DNA of 64,000 nucleotides, taken from the IMG/VR virus record IMGVR_UViG_3300019850_000189, positions 125,376-189,375 of that record; one strand, 5' to 3'. The position numbers and the translations under genes were made by a program. The notes under the pieces were generated by a model. The model saw only the letters and a program-made list of their open reading frames with translations, was not told where the DNA came from and searched no databases. Below, one piece after another: positions 18,250 through 26,239 of the stretch. Position 1 is the stretch's first letter. Each line of letters begins with the position of its first letter. The DNA comes from a virus.

Positions 18250-18360
18250 CTACACCTACCTTTAAATTCCAAGAGCCAATACGTCAGACCGGTATGGGAA
18301 GGTGGCTCAAAGATCCCAATTATTTCCGTAACATAACCAGAAGCTCTTATTAGCACAAAG

Positions 18361-18369
18361 CATATATAG
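18361..18369 (+). promoter_or_regulatory. CATATATAG motif
   Basis: intergenic, before MazG start. Confidence 0.45.
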
Positions 18370-18377
18370 GTGGTACA

Positions 18378-18711
18378 ATGACACTTAATAAATATCAAAA
18401 ACTTGCATGGAAGACTGCATTGTATCCCAACAAGAAAAATAATCTTTATTATCCTTCCCTTGGTCTGGCAGGTAAATCTGGCGAAGTGTGTAATATAATC
18501 AAGAGAGCTATGCGGGATGACAATGGATTCTTAACAAAAGAAAAGAGAGAAAAACTTAAAAAGGAAATTGGGGATGTTCTGTGGTATGTTGCCGCGCTAT
18601 GCAAAGAATTAGATCTGGAGATGGAAAAGGTTGCCGAGGTTAATATAAATAAGCTTCTTTCAAGAAAGAAAGAAAAGAAATAATATTCAGGGAAGTGGTG
18701 ATGATAGATGA
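18378..18711 (+). CDS. mazG: MazG-like NTP pyrophosphohydrolase, frameshifted near 3' end
   Basis: LNKYQ, LGLAGKSGEV, EIGDVLWYVA, NINKL.SR; conserved tail RNNIQGSGDDR* lies in another frame after a GAAA repeat. Confidence 0.8.
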
Positions 18712-19136
18712 ACAGCACTATCAAAAAGCATGGCAAGATCATATTTAGGTCCAGCCTGGCTGTACGATTAGATTCGCATCCAATTATTTATGCGGTATCA
18801 TTCAATGATAACCCACAAGATGCCGAGTGGCAATTATATAGCTATGAAGAAGAAAAATTGTATCCGGCCAAATTCACCAACGTATATAGATTTTACAATG
18901 AAATGGCCTGTGTAGTCACGAGATCAAAACCGCAATACCAATACAACTTTGTAAATAAAAAAGCAGAACTTATTTTTCCAATTGATTTTGACAGTGTGGA
19001 AAAAACCCTCTTTATAAAACCCGTAATGGGGGCCTTTGTTAATGACAAGCACTTTCAAATAGCCATAACCGGCGGAATTAATGCCACCAAAAAGGAACTG
19101 GCGAAACTTCTCTTGGAGTATCATGATGCACACTAA
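18708..19136 (+). CDS. hypothetical protein
   Basis: ATG overlaps the TGA of the alternate-frame MazG tail. Confidence 0.6.
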   Translation: MNSTIKKHGKIIFRSSLAVRLDSHPIIYAVSFNDNPQDAEWQLYSYEEEKLYPAKFTNVYRFYNEMACVVTRSKPQYQYNFVNKKAELIFPIDFDSVEKTLFIKPVMGAFVNDKHFQIAITGGINATKKELAKLLLEYHDAH

Positions 19137-19289
19137 TAAAACATCCAAGCGCGGCCCCGGAGCAATTAGCCCACAGGGACCGGCGGAATCAATACCACCA
19201 AAAAGGAACTGGCAAAACGTCTCTTGGAGTATTATGATGCCCGTTAATAAAATATCTACGCGCGGGCCCGGAGCAACTAGGCCACAGGG
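19068..19289 (+). repeat. tandem direct repeat, 2 x 111 bp
   Basis: ACCGGCGGAAT(T/C)AAT.CCACCAAAAAGGAACTGGC... at 19068 and 19179. Confidence 0.9.
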
Positions 19290-19455
19290 GCCACCGCCTC
19301 CAGGTCAAAAACGCGATGGCGGCCGCATCGGAATATTGTCAATACGCGGCAGCATGATTACGCTCAATAATGAAGATGTTGGCAGTACTAAAGATCTATC
19401 CAAGACTATGAAAAAGCTCCAAAGCATTATTGCTAAAAAATTACTGAAAGAATAA
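19081..19455 (+). CDS. hypothetical protein containing the 37-aa repeat
   Basis: ORF track; likely start 19123. Confidence 0.45.
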   Translation: MPPKRNWRNFSWSIMMHTNKTSKRGPGAISPQGPAESIPPKRNWQNVSWSIMMPVNKISTRGPGATRPQGPPPPGQKRDGGRIGILSIRGSMITLNNEDVGSTKDLSKTMKKLQSIIAKKLLKE

Positions 19456-19508
19456 ATGCTAATCATTTTACAATGGTGCCATTCACTTTCCAGAACTTTA
19501 TTTAATCC

Positions 19509-19590
19509 TTTACAAAACCTCCATATTGTGATAATATATAATTAGGAGTTAAAAAATGATAAAAGATGAAACAAGATTAGAAGCGGAGAT
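19509..19590 (+). repeat. diverged copy of the Pol X promoter, RBS and first codons
   Basis: TTTACAAAACCTCCATATTGTGATAATATATAATTAGGAG...ATGATAAAAGATGAAACAAGATTAGAAGCGGA versus 19755-19843. Confidence 0.85.
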
Positions 19591-19747
19591 GGAGTTTGAA
19601 ATTATTGAACATAATAATTATAGTCCGTCTCAGGAACTTAATGCTGAAGCTGATATTGAGCTAGAAGCTATCCGAAATGAGTTTTACCCTTACAACTCTA
19701 ATGATGAGTTGAATGCTGAAGCATTAATGCAGATAGATTCATTATAA
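19556..19747 (+). CDS. small acidic protein with internal ELNAEA repeat
   Basis: AGGAG RBS; MIKDETRLEAE resembles Pol X N-terminus. Confidence 0.6.
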   Translation: MIKDETRLEAEMEFEIIEHNNYSPSQELNAEADIELEAIRNEFYPYNSNDELNAEALMQIDSL

Positions 19748-19754
19748 AATGTTC

Positions 19755-19783
19755 TTTACAAAATCTCCATATTGTGATATAAT
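19755..19783 (+). promoter_or_regulatory. sigma70-type early promoter
   Basis: TTTACA-N17-TATAAT with extended TG. Confidence 0.8.
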
Positions 19784-19802
19784 ATATAATTAGGAGGAGA
19801 AA

Positions 19803-20327
19803 ATGCCAAAAGATGGAACAAGATTTTTAAGATTAGAAGCGGAAAGAAAAATAAAACCTGTCATAGAGATGCTAAACAGAGCAGGATTTAAATATGAAAT
19901 TTGTGGAAGTTGGCGAAGACAAAAAGAAGATTTAGGAGACATAGATATTTTAGTAGAAAAAGAAAGTGGAAAATATTTAGATCTTAGTAAATTGAACATA
20001 GACTGGTCAGGTGAAGAAAAAGTTGGATTTGAGATTGACGGAATGCATGTAGATATAAAATTTGTTCCCAAGGAAAGCTGGGGGGCTGGTCTTCTTCATC
20101 ACACAGGTTCTAATGGGTTCAATATTAAATTGAGATCAATGGCTAAGAAAAAGGGTTGGAAGCTTAATGAATATGGGTTATTTGATCGGGAAACAGGTGA
20201 AGTCATAGCCCAGAAAAGCGAGATAGAAATTCTGGAATGTCTCATGAATAAAGATTCAGCACAAAAACTTCTTAATCCAACAAAAAGGAAAACTCCAAAT
20301 TGGGTAAAGAAATATTGGAAAATATAA
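19803..20327 (+). CDS. polX: minimal X-family DNA polymerase
   Basis: ICGSWRR...GDIDILV, VDIKF, LLHHTGS..FNIKLR..AKKKGWKLNEYGLF; 174 aa. Confidence 0.85.
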   Translation: MPKDGTRFLRLEAERKIKPVIEMLNRAGFKYEICGSWRRQKEDLGDIDILVEKESGKYLDLSKLNIDWSGEEKVGFEIDGMHVDIKFVPKESWGAGLLHHTGSNGFNIKLRSMAKKKGWKLNEYGLFDRETGEVIAQKSEIEILECLMNKDSAQKLLNPTKRKTPNWVKKYWKI

Positions 20328-20344
20328 TTTAAAAGGATAAATAG

Positions 20345-20530
20345 ATGACTTTATTGAAAAAGATATTGTCAATATTTTTAATTTTTTTAGCAGGTGGAGT
20401 TACTGTTGCGAATCTTTCATATTTGCGATATCATGTACCAAGTCATTATCATGGCAGCTGGATAAAAGTTGCATGCGCTTGTTGTCTAGCTATAATTTTT
20501 GGAATATATATTGCAAGGGGGCATAAATGA
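20345..20530 (+). CDS. small 2-TM membrane protein
   Basis: two hydrophobic segments. Confidence 0.5.
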   Translation: MTLLKKILSIFLIFLAGGVTVANLSYLRYHVPSHYHGSWIKVACACCLAIIFGIYIARGHK

Positions 20531-20877
20531 AAAAAGAACTACTATTTTCTGTGACTAAAAAGGATTTAAAGGTTGATTGGTTTTCCGGCAAGGGAGCCGG
20601 AGGACAATATAGGAATAAACACCAAAATTGCTGCAGGATAAGGCATAAAGATTCGGGCGCTATAGCGACAGCTCAGGAGGAAAGAAGCAGGAAGGCAAAT
20701 TTGGCAAAAGCACTTAAGCGCTTAACCGAGACTACAAAATACAAACTATGGACGAACAGGCGGATATACGAAATCTCAAAGCAGGCAAAAATTGATAAAG
20801 TGGAAATAGAAAGACAGGTTGAAGAGGCCATGAAGCCGGAGAATTTAAAAATTGAATGCTATGAAGCTGGAGAATAA
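20527..20877 (+). CDS. peptide chain release factor homologue (GGQ domain)
   Basis: FSGKGAGGQYRNK...RIRH..SG......EERS...N...A..RL. Confidence 0.85.
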   Translation: MKKELLFSVTKKDLKVDWFSGKGAGGQYRNKHQNCCRIRHKDSGAIATAQEERSRKANLAKALKRLTETTKYKLWTNRRIYEISKQAKIDKVEIERQVEEAMKPENLKIECYEAGE

Positions 20878-20878
20878 T

Positions 20879-21901
20879 ATGAAAAATATAAAAGAACAAA
20901 CCGAAAGTTTAACATTTTGGACAACCGGAGAAAACATGACCAGGGTCCTCAGGGATTTCTGGGAGGAAAGAAACTGCATACACGCATTCGAGACTGCAAA
21001 AGAGGGTCTCGGAATGAATGAGGATCAGGCTATTGATTTATTTGAAGGTAAAATGAAACTCTCTGGAGATACCCGCAAAGATCCTGATCTTCGTTTCATA
21101 AATGATAACTATAATGGAATTAGTGTTGATGATATGATGAATTGGTTTGAACGAAAGTACATTGAGATTAGAACTGATAAACTAAAAGATGATCTCAGTC
21201 TTAGAAATAACATGATTAAATATCTTAACGTTGGCAAAGGCCTTGAAATACGCGATACGCAGCGAGATGCTAAAAATGCTTCCCTCCAGATGGAAAGGAA
21301 AACTTTCGAGTATCTCAGAAATTTAATGTTTCTCTATAATATAACCAATAGGGCCATTGCAGATTTTGAAGTTAAAGTTGAAGAAGCATTAAGAGATGCG
21401 GAGTTCAGTAAAGAAGCAAGTTATATAAAAGATGATATGGATGCTCAGAATGCAAAGGTGCTTTTTGATGCTTCATTACGAAAGCTCAATAGTAGCATAG
21501 TCGCTGCTCCTAAGACGGTGGATGAATTTATTGAAAATGAGAAAAAAATAGATGAGCTTGAAGCGATAAAAGGGAAGCCAAAGGATTCTTCTTCCGGATG
21601 GCTCAGTCCAGCTGGAGATTTTTATCCCTGCCCTTACTTGGGGCATATAGCTCTTGCAAGTAAGCTGGCAGAAGGAATTGTGGAAGGTGTTACTGATGAG
21701 CATGATTTAGAGCTAAAGAAATGGGTTAAAATATCCTCATTTAGGATATATAATTTGGACGGCCATTTCACGAATAAGCAGAAGAATTTTATATTCGATT
21801 TCGCAATAGCACATAAATTAGACAAAATCAGAATAAATGTGACTTTAGTAGATACTAAAAAATTGTTTGATCATTTTGATACGAAAGCTGGAACATTATA
21901 A
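20879..21901 (+). CDS. hypothetical protein
   Basis: GGAG RBS; contains GWLSPAGDFYPC...H. Confidence 0.65.
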   Translation: MKNIKEQTESLTFWTTGENMTRVLRDFWEERNCIHAFETAKEGLGMNEDQAIDLFEGKMKLSGDTRKDPDLRFINDNYNGISVDDMMNWFERKYIEIRTDKLKDDLSLRNNMIKYLNVGKGLEIRDTQRDAKNASLQMERKTFEYLRNLMFLYNITNRAIADFEVKVEEALRDAEFSKEASYIKDDMDAQNAKVLFDASLRKLNSSIVAAPKTVDEFIENEKKIDELEAIKGKPKDSSSGWLSPAGDFYPCPYLGHIALASKLAEGIVEGVTDEHDLELKKWVKISSFRIYNLDGHFTNKQKNFIFDFAIAHKLDKIRINVTLVDTKKLFDHFDTKAGTL

Positions 21902-21996
21902 ATAAAAATGAAGAAATCAAAAGATAAATGAGATCGTACAGAAGGAGATAAGAAAGCAATAATAGCCTATAGGAAAATACGGAGCAATATTAAACA

Positions 21997-22209
21997 ATGG
22001 ATATAGAAAAAAAACAAATTAAAGAAGATGATAGAGGAAAGATGGCCAAGGAGAAAACCGCTAGAGCCAAGAGATTTTTAAATCCAGTCAGCTCGACCGC
22101 TGAAGATGTTATTCGCCTGGCGGCAGAGGAATACAAAAAAGAGCTCGATGCCAAAATGATTGAAAAAATACGGACCAAAGATCATACATATGCCGAAAAG
22201 AAAGATTAA
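21997..22209 (+). CDS. hypothetical protein
   Basis: ORF track. Confidence 0.5.
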   Translation: MDIEKKQIKEDDRGKMAKEKTARAKRFLNPVSSTAEDVIRLAAEEYKKELDAKMIEKIRTKDHTYAEKKD

Positions 22210-22465
22210 AGCCGGCAATATATATATGTCTAATTTGGTTCTGAGGCCTTCTCCAGATTGGAATATATACAAAGTATTAAACCGCAGAAAAACGAATAAT
22301 GGTGATTACATTTATAGAGTCCGGGTTGCAACTGCAACTGGTTTCAAATCTAAAATAGCTATCTGGAGTGATAGAAGGTTTAAAGCTAAATTGTCAAACA
22401 AAATAATAATACCGGCTGATAAAACAACTATTTCCAAGAGATTATTAACTCATGACCGCAAATGA
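22190..22465 (+). CDS. hypothetical protein
   Basis: ORF track, start reassigned. Confidence 0.5.
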   Translation: MPKRKIKAGNIYMSNLVLRPSPDWNIYKVLNRRKTNNGDYIYRVRVATATGFKSKIAIWSDRRFKAKLSNKIIIPADKTTISKRLLTHDRK

Positions 22466-22742
22466 AATCATGCTTAATTCTATTGTTGGCAAGTGGTTCC
22501 AAAGAATTTATCCGGAGCGGCGCACAGAATATCTTTTTGCTAACAAGCTTCAGTTCGGTGGGATACAGATGATTAGTTATCATGCCGACATAGGAAAAAT
22601 GTCAAAGCAGCACTGGCAAAAGATGCCGAGTTTTCGCTCACTAGAATTGATCGAAGATCCTAAGATGATTAAAAAGCTGAATAGCAAAAAAGCATTATAT
22701 TTACTAAAAGAAAGCAATAAGAATGAAATTAAAGAGGGTTGA
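22452..22742 (+). CDS. hypothetical protein
   Basis: ORF track. Confidence 0.5.
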   Translation: MTANEIMLNSIVGKWFQRIYPERRTEYLFANKLQFGGIQMISYHADIGKMSKQHWQKMPSFRSLELIEDPKMIKKLNSKKALYLLKESNKNEIKEG

Positions 22743-22934
22743 TTTAAGCAATTGCGATTTTAAATATGTTAAGCCATAACTCAACCTGGCTATCATAGTT
22801 ATTATTTTGATTTAAGCTTTCTCATTCTATGCAATTAAGTGGTGGATTGGATAACAAAATATATAACTATTTCGAAGAGATGCATGAAATAATAGATCCA
22901 TCTATCAAAGGAGGAGTGGCAAAGGAGATACTAA

Positions 22935-23240
22935 ATGAAAGTACATGGACTTAAATGCAGATCTTGCGGCGATATCATATACAGTCGCGCGCCGCACGAT
23001 TTACATTATTGCTCATGTGGCAATTTTTTTGTAGATGGCGGCCAGGAGAATGATGGCTATAGATATGGGTGGAGTAATATCTATGAGAATTCTTTTGAAC
23101 TTGTAAGTCTTGAGATAGATGTAACCAAAACAGAATTGTATTCTGACTGGAATAATGATATAAACAAATATGGTTGGATATATGGGAAGGATACACCTAA
23201 AAGAAAAAAATTCGTAGCTAAGAGGTTCTTAAAGCAATAA
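22935..23240 (+). CDS. zinc-binding hypothetical protein
   Basis: CRSCGDII.SR..HD...CSCG...VDGG. Confidence 0.65.
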   Translation: MKVHGLKCRSCGDIIYSRAPHDLHYCSCGNFFVDGGQENDGYRYGWSNIYENSFELVSLEIDVTKTELYSDWNNDINKYGWIYGKDTPKRKKFVAKRFLKQ

Positions 23241-23427
23241 ACGGATTCAATTTATAAGAAAGATAAAAATGAGAGCGGTTAATGTTTTCGTCAGTATCTT
23301 TTTGCTTTGGTGTTACCCGTCAGTGTTAAGTTTACATCTCGGATACAAAGAAATACATTTAATGAAGATGAATAACTTGTCGTTATAACATATATATAAA
23401 TAAGAATGATTTGATGAGGAGTCAAAA

Positions 23428-23676
23428 ATGGAAGCTAATCTTCAAGTCTCATTTAATTTAACCAAAAATGTAGATGACTATGAGAGTGTAAAAATCCAGG
23501 GTGGAATAGCGATTCCAATTGAAATAGAAAATGAAGATGATTATAGACAGCAGTTTACGCAATGGCTTCGAGTTATTCAGAAAGAAGTAGTAAATGAAAC
23601 CCACAAATATTATCAAGCCGTTCAAAAAATAAAATTCGAAAAATTCGAAAAGCACAAAAGAGATGATCTTAAATAA
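23428..23676 (+). CDS. hypothetical protein
   Basis: GAGGAG RBS; CATATATA at 23389. Confidence 0.6.
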   Translation: MEANLQVSFNLTKNVDDYESVKIQGGIAIPIEIENEDDYRQQFTQWLRVIQKEVVNETHKYYQAVQKIKFEKFEKHKRDDLK

Positions 23677-23980
23677 GAGTGCTCCAAAAGAAATAAAAAC
23701 TAAATTAGCCAAATTTTTTCTGGGTAAGCAAGCACAGGGATATTGGATGAAATGCAGAATGACTCCACGCCAAGGGGAGCCTTCTTTGTTAAATTCACCG
23801 CATTATGCTACTTTGGGCACTATCATATATATAGATATAGATTACTCACCATATAAAATGATACTTAATGGCTGGCTGCCATGCATAGGCATATCAAGTA
23901 CTGCATTGAGCAAATCGTTGGATATTAGCTTTCTAAATGGAGATATTCCAGATCTTTCTGATGGGCGGCCACTAACATGA
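23663..23980 (+). CDS. hypothetical protein
   Basis: ORF track. Confidence 0.5.
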   Translation: MILNKSAPKEIKTKLAKFFLGKQAQGYWMKCRMTPRQGEPSLLNSPHYATLGTIIYIDIDYSPYKMILNGWLPCIGISSTALSKSLDISFLNGDIPDLSDGRPLT

Positions 23981-24195
23981 ACACTATGTTAGCTATATAC
24001 ATAGTTACTGGAATTATAGCATTCCTTTTAAGTATGTCAGTATTGTTAGTAATATCCGGTATATCGATGATCGCTATTGAATTAGTAGAAAGGTTTATAA
24101 GGTCTATTAGAAGAAAACGTCTTCATCGCAAATCGCCCAAACACTTTGATCAAAAATCAGTGATGGGCAATAGTAGTATTAAATTTTTTGATTGA
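23977..24195 (+). CDS. single-TM membrane protein
   Basis: long hydrophobic N-terminus, basic tail. Confidence 0.5.
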   Translation: MNTMLAIYIVTGIIAFLLSMSVLLVISGISMIAIELVERFIRSIRRKRLHRKSPKHFDQKSVMGNSSIKFFD

Positions 24196-24519
24196 TGCAA
24201 ATGGCTTTTCAGTGCCTATTGCCACCCTTTGTCTCATTTTTTTTTCTACATATGCCCAATCTAAAAATGGCATTTGTTTATTCATCCTGATATCTGTCAA
24301 TTGCCTGAATAAACCTTCCAATGTTTCGGTAGTGAACATTTTTCCTTGGCAGTATGCAAACCACTTCATTGTGGCGGCTCCGCCCATAATATCATGGATA
24401 ATAGTATCAGGGGCTAGACCAACAATAAGATCTTTCCTCTTGTCTACAATAATTGCTCTCTGTTTTAAATAATATGTATTTTTCAAATCTTTTTTACCAA
24501 TTGTCTCATTTAAATTCAT
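24157..24519 (-). CDS. hypothetical protein
   Basis: start reassigned to MNLNE; GAGG upstream. Confidence 0.5.
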   Translation of the reverse strand: MNLNETIGKKDLKNTYYLKQRAIIVDKRKDLIVGLAPDTIIHDIMGGAATMKWFAYCQGKMFTTETLEGLFRQLTDIRMNKQMPFLDWAYVEKKMRQRVAIGTEKPFASIKKFNTTIAHH

Positions 24520-24694
24520 TTTCAATTTCCTCTGAGTACTTGAGAAAATGTATATACATCGCTCGGAAAACATCCTCATATTTTTGATTGTTTAATTTGG
24601 GATGAGATTCGGCATATCTTTTAACCTGATTGGCGTGTATATATACATCGAGCTTCTTGGTTAGGTGTCTTGCTAATTTAGTATAATCTATCAT
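24506..24694 (-). CDS. hypothetical protein
   Basis: AAGGAG RBS. Confidence 0.55.
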   Translation of the reverse strand: MIDYTKLARHLTKKLDVYIHANQVKRYAESHPKLNNQKYEDVFRAMYIHFLKYSEEIENEFK

Positions 24695-24713
24695 ATTTAC
24701 TCCTTGAATTGTT

Positions 24714-24914
24714 TTATTTTTTTGGCATAAGTTTCTGAATCCTAAACTTGTATAATTTTTTTTCGCCCTTGTTTGTTATAACTGTAGGCTGGTTATTTTT
24801 GTCTTTATCGAAGCCCTTTACCTCGGCCTTTTTATTTTTGAATTTGCCCGTTAATATTATATCTCCTATCTTGATGTCGTTTTGTTTCTCTTTGAGTGCC
24901 TGTTTAAATTTCAT
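24714..24914 (-). CDS. small beta-rich protein with MKFKQALKE leader
   Basis: IKIGDIILTGKFKNKKAEVKG. Confidence 0.6.
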   Translation of the reverse strand: MKFKQALKEKQNDIKIGDIILTGKFKNKKAEVKGFDKDKNNQPTVITNKGEKKLYKFRIQKLMPKK

Positions 24915-25115
24915 ATGTTCTAACCCTGAACAGAATAATATTCATCTGCCAAATATCTATATTATCTTGGCGCATATACCCGCGTGAAGGGAAAAACCAA
25001 ACTTGCCAATGCAAATAATAGAATTAGTTCTAATTGTGTCCCCAAAGATAATATAAAGTTAAATAAAAATGGATAAAACTATGAAATTCAAATTAGTATC
25101 GTTGGTAAAAAGAAA

Positions 25116-25532
25116 ATGAACTTAAAACAATTCCTAACAGAACTCGCATTGACGCTGACAGCTAAAACCCCTATAGGCAAAAAGCTCAAGCAGTATAGAG
25201 GCGTTAATTACATTGTATTAGGAGAAAATGAGCCTCCTGATGTTCATGGTATTCCAAAACAATTGGAAGCTTATGGCCGCGGCTGGCTTAATCCAGATGG
25301 CCGAATTGAGGTAGATGGCGGGTCTCATGGCTCGGCCCAGGGCCATCCAAACAGAGCATCTCAAGGCTTTTATTGGGGCGCAGACTACGATAAAGCCTGG
25401 CGATCTCCTGATGGGAAAATGCTCAAGGGAGTAATTTATGTTAGAGGGCGCGCCGGCACAGATGAAAATTGGATAAAGCGAAGCATATATACTATTCTTA
25501 ATTTGATTTTCAACAGACTACCAAGACCTTGA
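25116..25532 (+). CDS. hypothetical protein with MNLKQFLTE leader
   Basis: ORF track. Confidence 0.6.
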   Translation: MNLKQFLTELALTLTAKTPIGKKLKQYRGVNYIVLGENEPPDVHGIPKQLEAYGRGWLNPDGRIEVDGGSHGSAQGHPNRASQGFYWGADYDKAWRSPDGKMLKGVIYVRGRAGTDENWIKRSIYTILNLIFNRLPRP

Positions 25533-25604
25533 AAATGGTACCAGGATATCCACCTGGCTCAAAAGAAAGACACTTATGTCTAAATACGGAGAGGTATTCA
25601 AATC

Positions 25605-25883
25605 ATGATTAAACTAGGCAAAGCTTATCCTGTAATATCAAAATCTTCTTCTTCACCGTATCAAAGATTAATAGTGATACCATTTGCGCACATTACAGGC
25701 ACTATGTATCCTAAACAGCTATATACCTCTTATATATATCAATTGGATGATAATAAATTCTACAGTGCCCCTATTGTCATGACCACGAATCATATTCCAC
25801 TTAAGAAAGTCAAGCTAGCCGAAAAACAAAGCATGATAAAAAAAATATTCCGCAATGAAGACATTTTCAAGAGCTGGCATTAA
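25605..25883 (+). CDS. hypothetical protein
   Basis: GAGG RBS. Confidence 0.55.
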   Translation: MIKLGKAYPVISKSSSSPYQRLIVIPFAHITGTMYPKQLYTSYIYQLDDNKFYSAPIVMTTNHIPLKKVKLAEKQSMIKKIFRNEDIFKSWH

Positions 25884-25886
25884 GCC

Positions 25887-25915
25887 TTTACAAACATTAC
25901 TAAAAGCTGTATAAT
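25887..25915 (+). promoter_or_regulatory. sigma70-type early promoter
   Basis: TTTACA-N17-TATAAT with TG; leads directly into ATG 25922 with no obvious RBS. Confidence 0.8.
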
Positions 25916-25921
25916 ATAAAT

Positions 25922-26239
25922 ATGAGAAGATATTTTCATGCACCGGGTTATATTCTAGATGGCAAATTAGATCAGAACTGCGGCCGAGTAATATTATATG
26001 ATGGATTGATACTGGTTTCTCGAAATGTAGCAAATGATCATAACGATTTGCTAAGAGCTTTTGCCAGGCGGTATAACTTTAAACCAAGATATGTTATTTC
26101 AAATGCTATTCGAATGTATTACAAATATATTCCCGAGGAAGAAGCATATGTAATTTGCGGAGTTCGCCGGATCGACGATGAACTTTTTCTAAAAGATTCA
26201 AAGATCTATTCAATATTAATCAAGGAAGAGTTGAAATGA
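25922..26239 (+). CDS. hypothetical protein
   Basis: ATGA overlap with topoisomerase. Confidence 0.6.
   Translation: MRRYFHAPGYILDGKLDQNCGRVILYDGLILVSRNVANDHNDLLRAFARRYNFKPRYVISNAIRMYYKYIPEEEAYVICGVRRIDDELFLKDSKIYSILIKEELK

Noticed and set aside
18245-18275. preQ1-I riboswitch (TAGCTACACC)
   Set aside because: The 5' P1 strand and 3' A-rich tail are missing; chance match.
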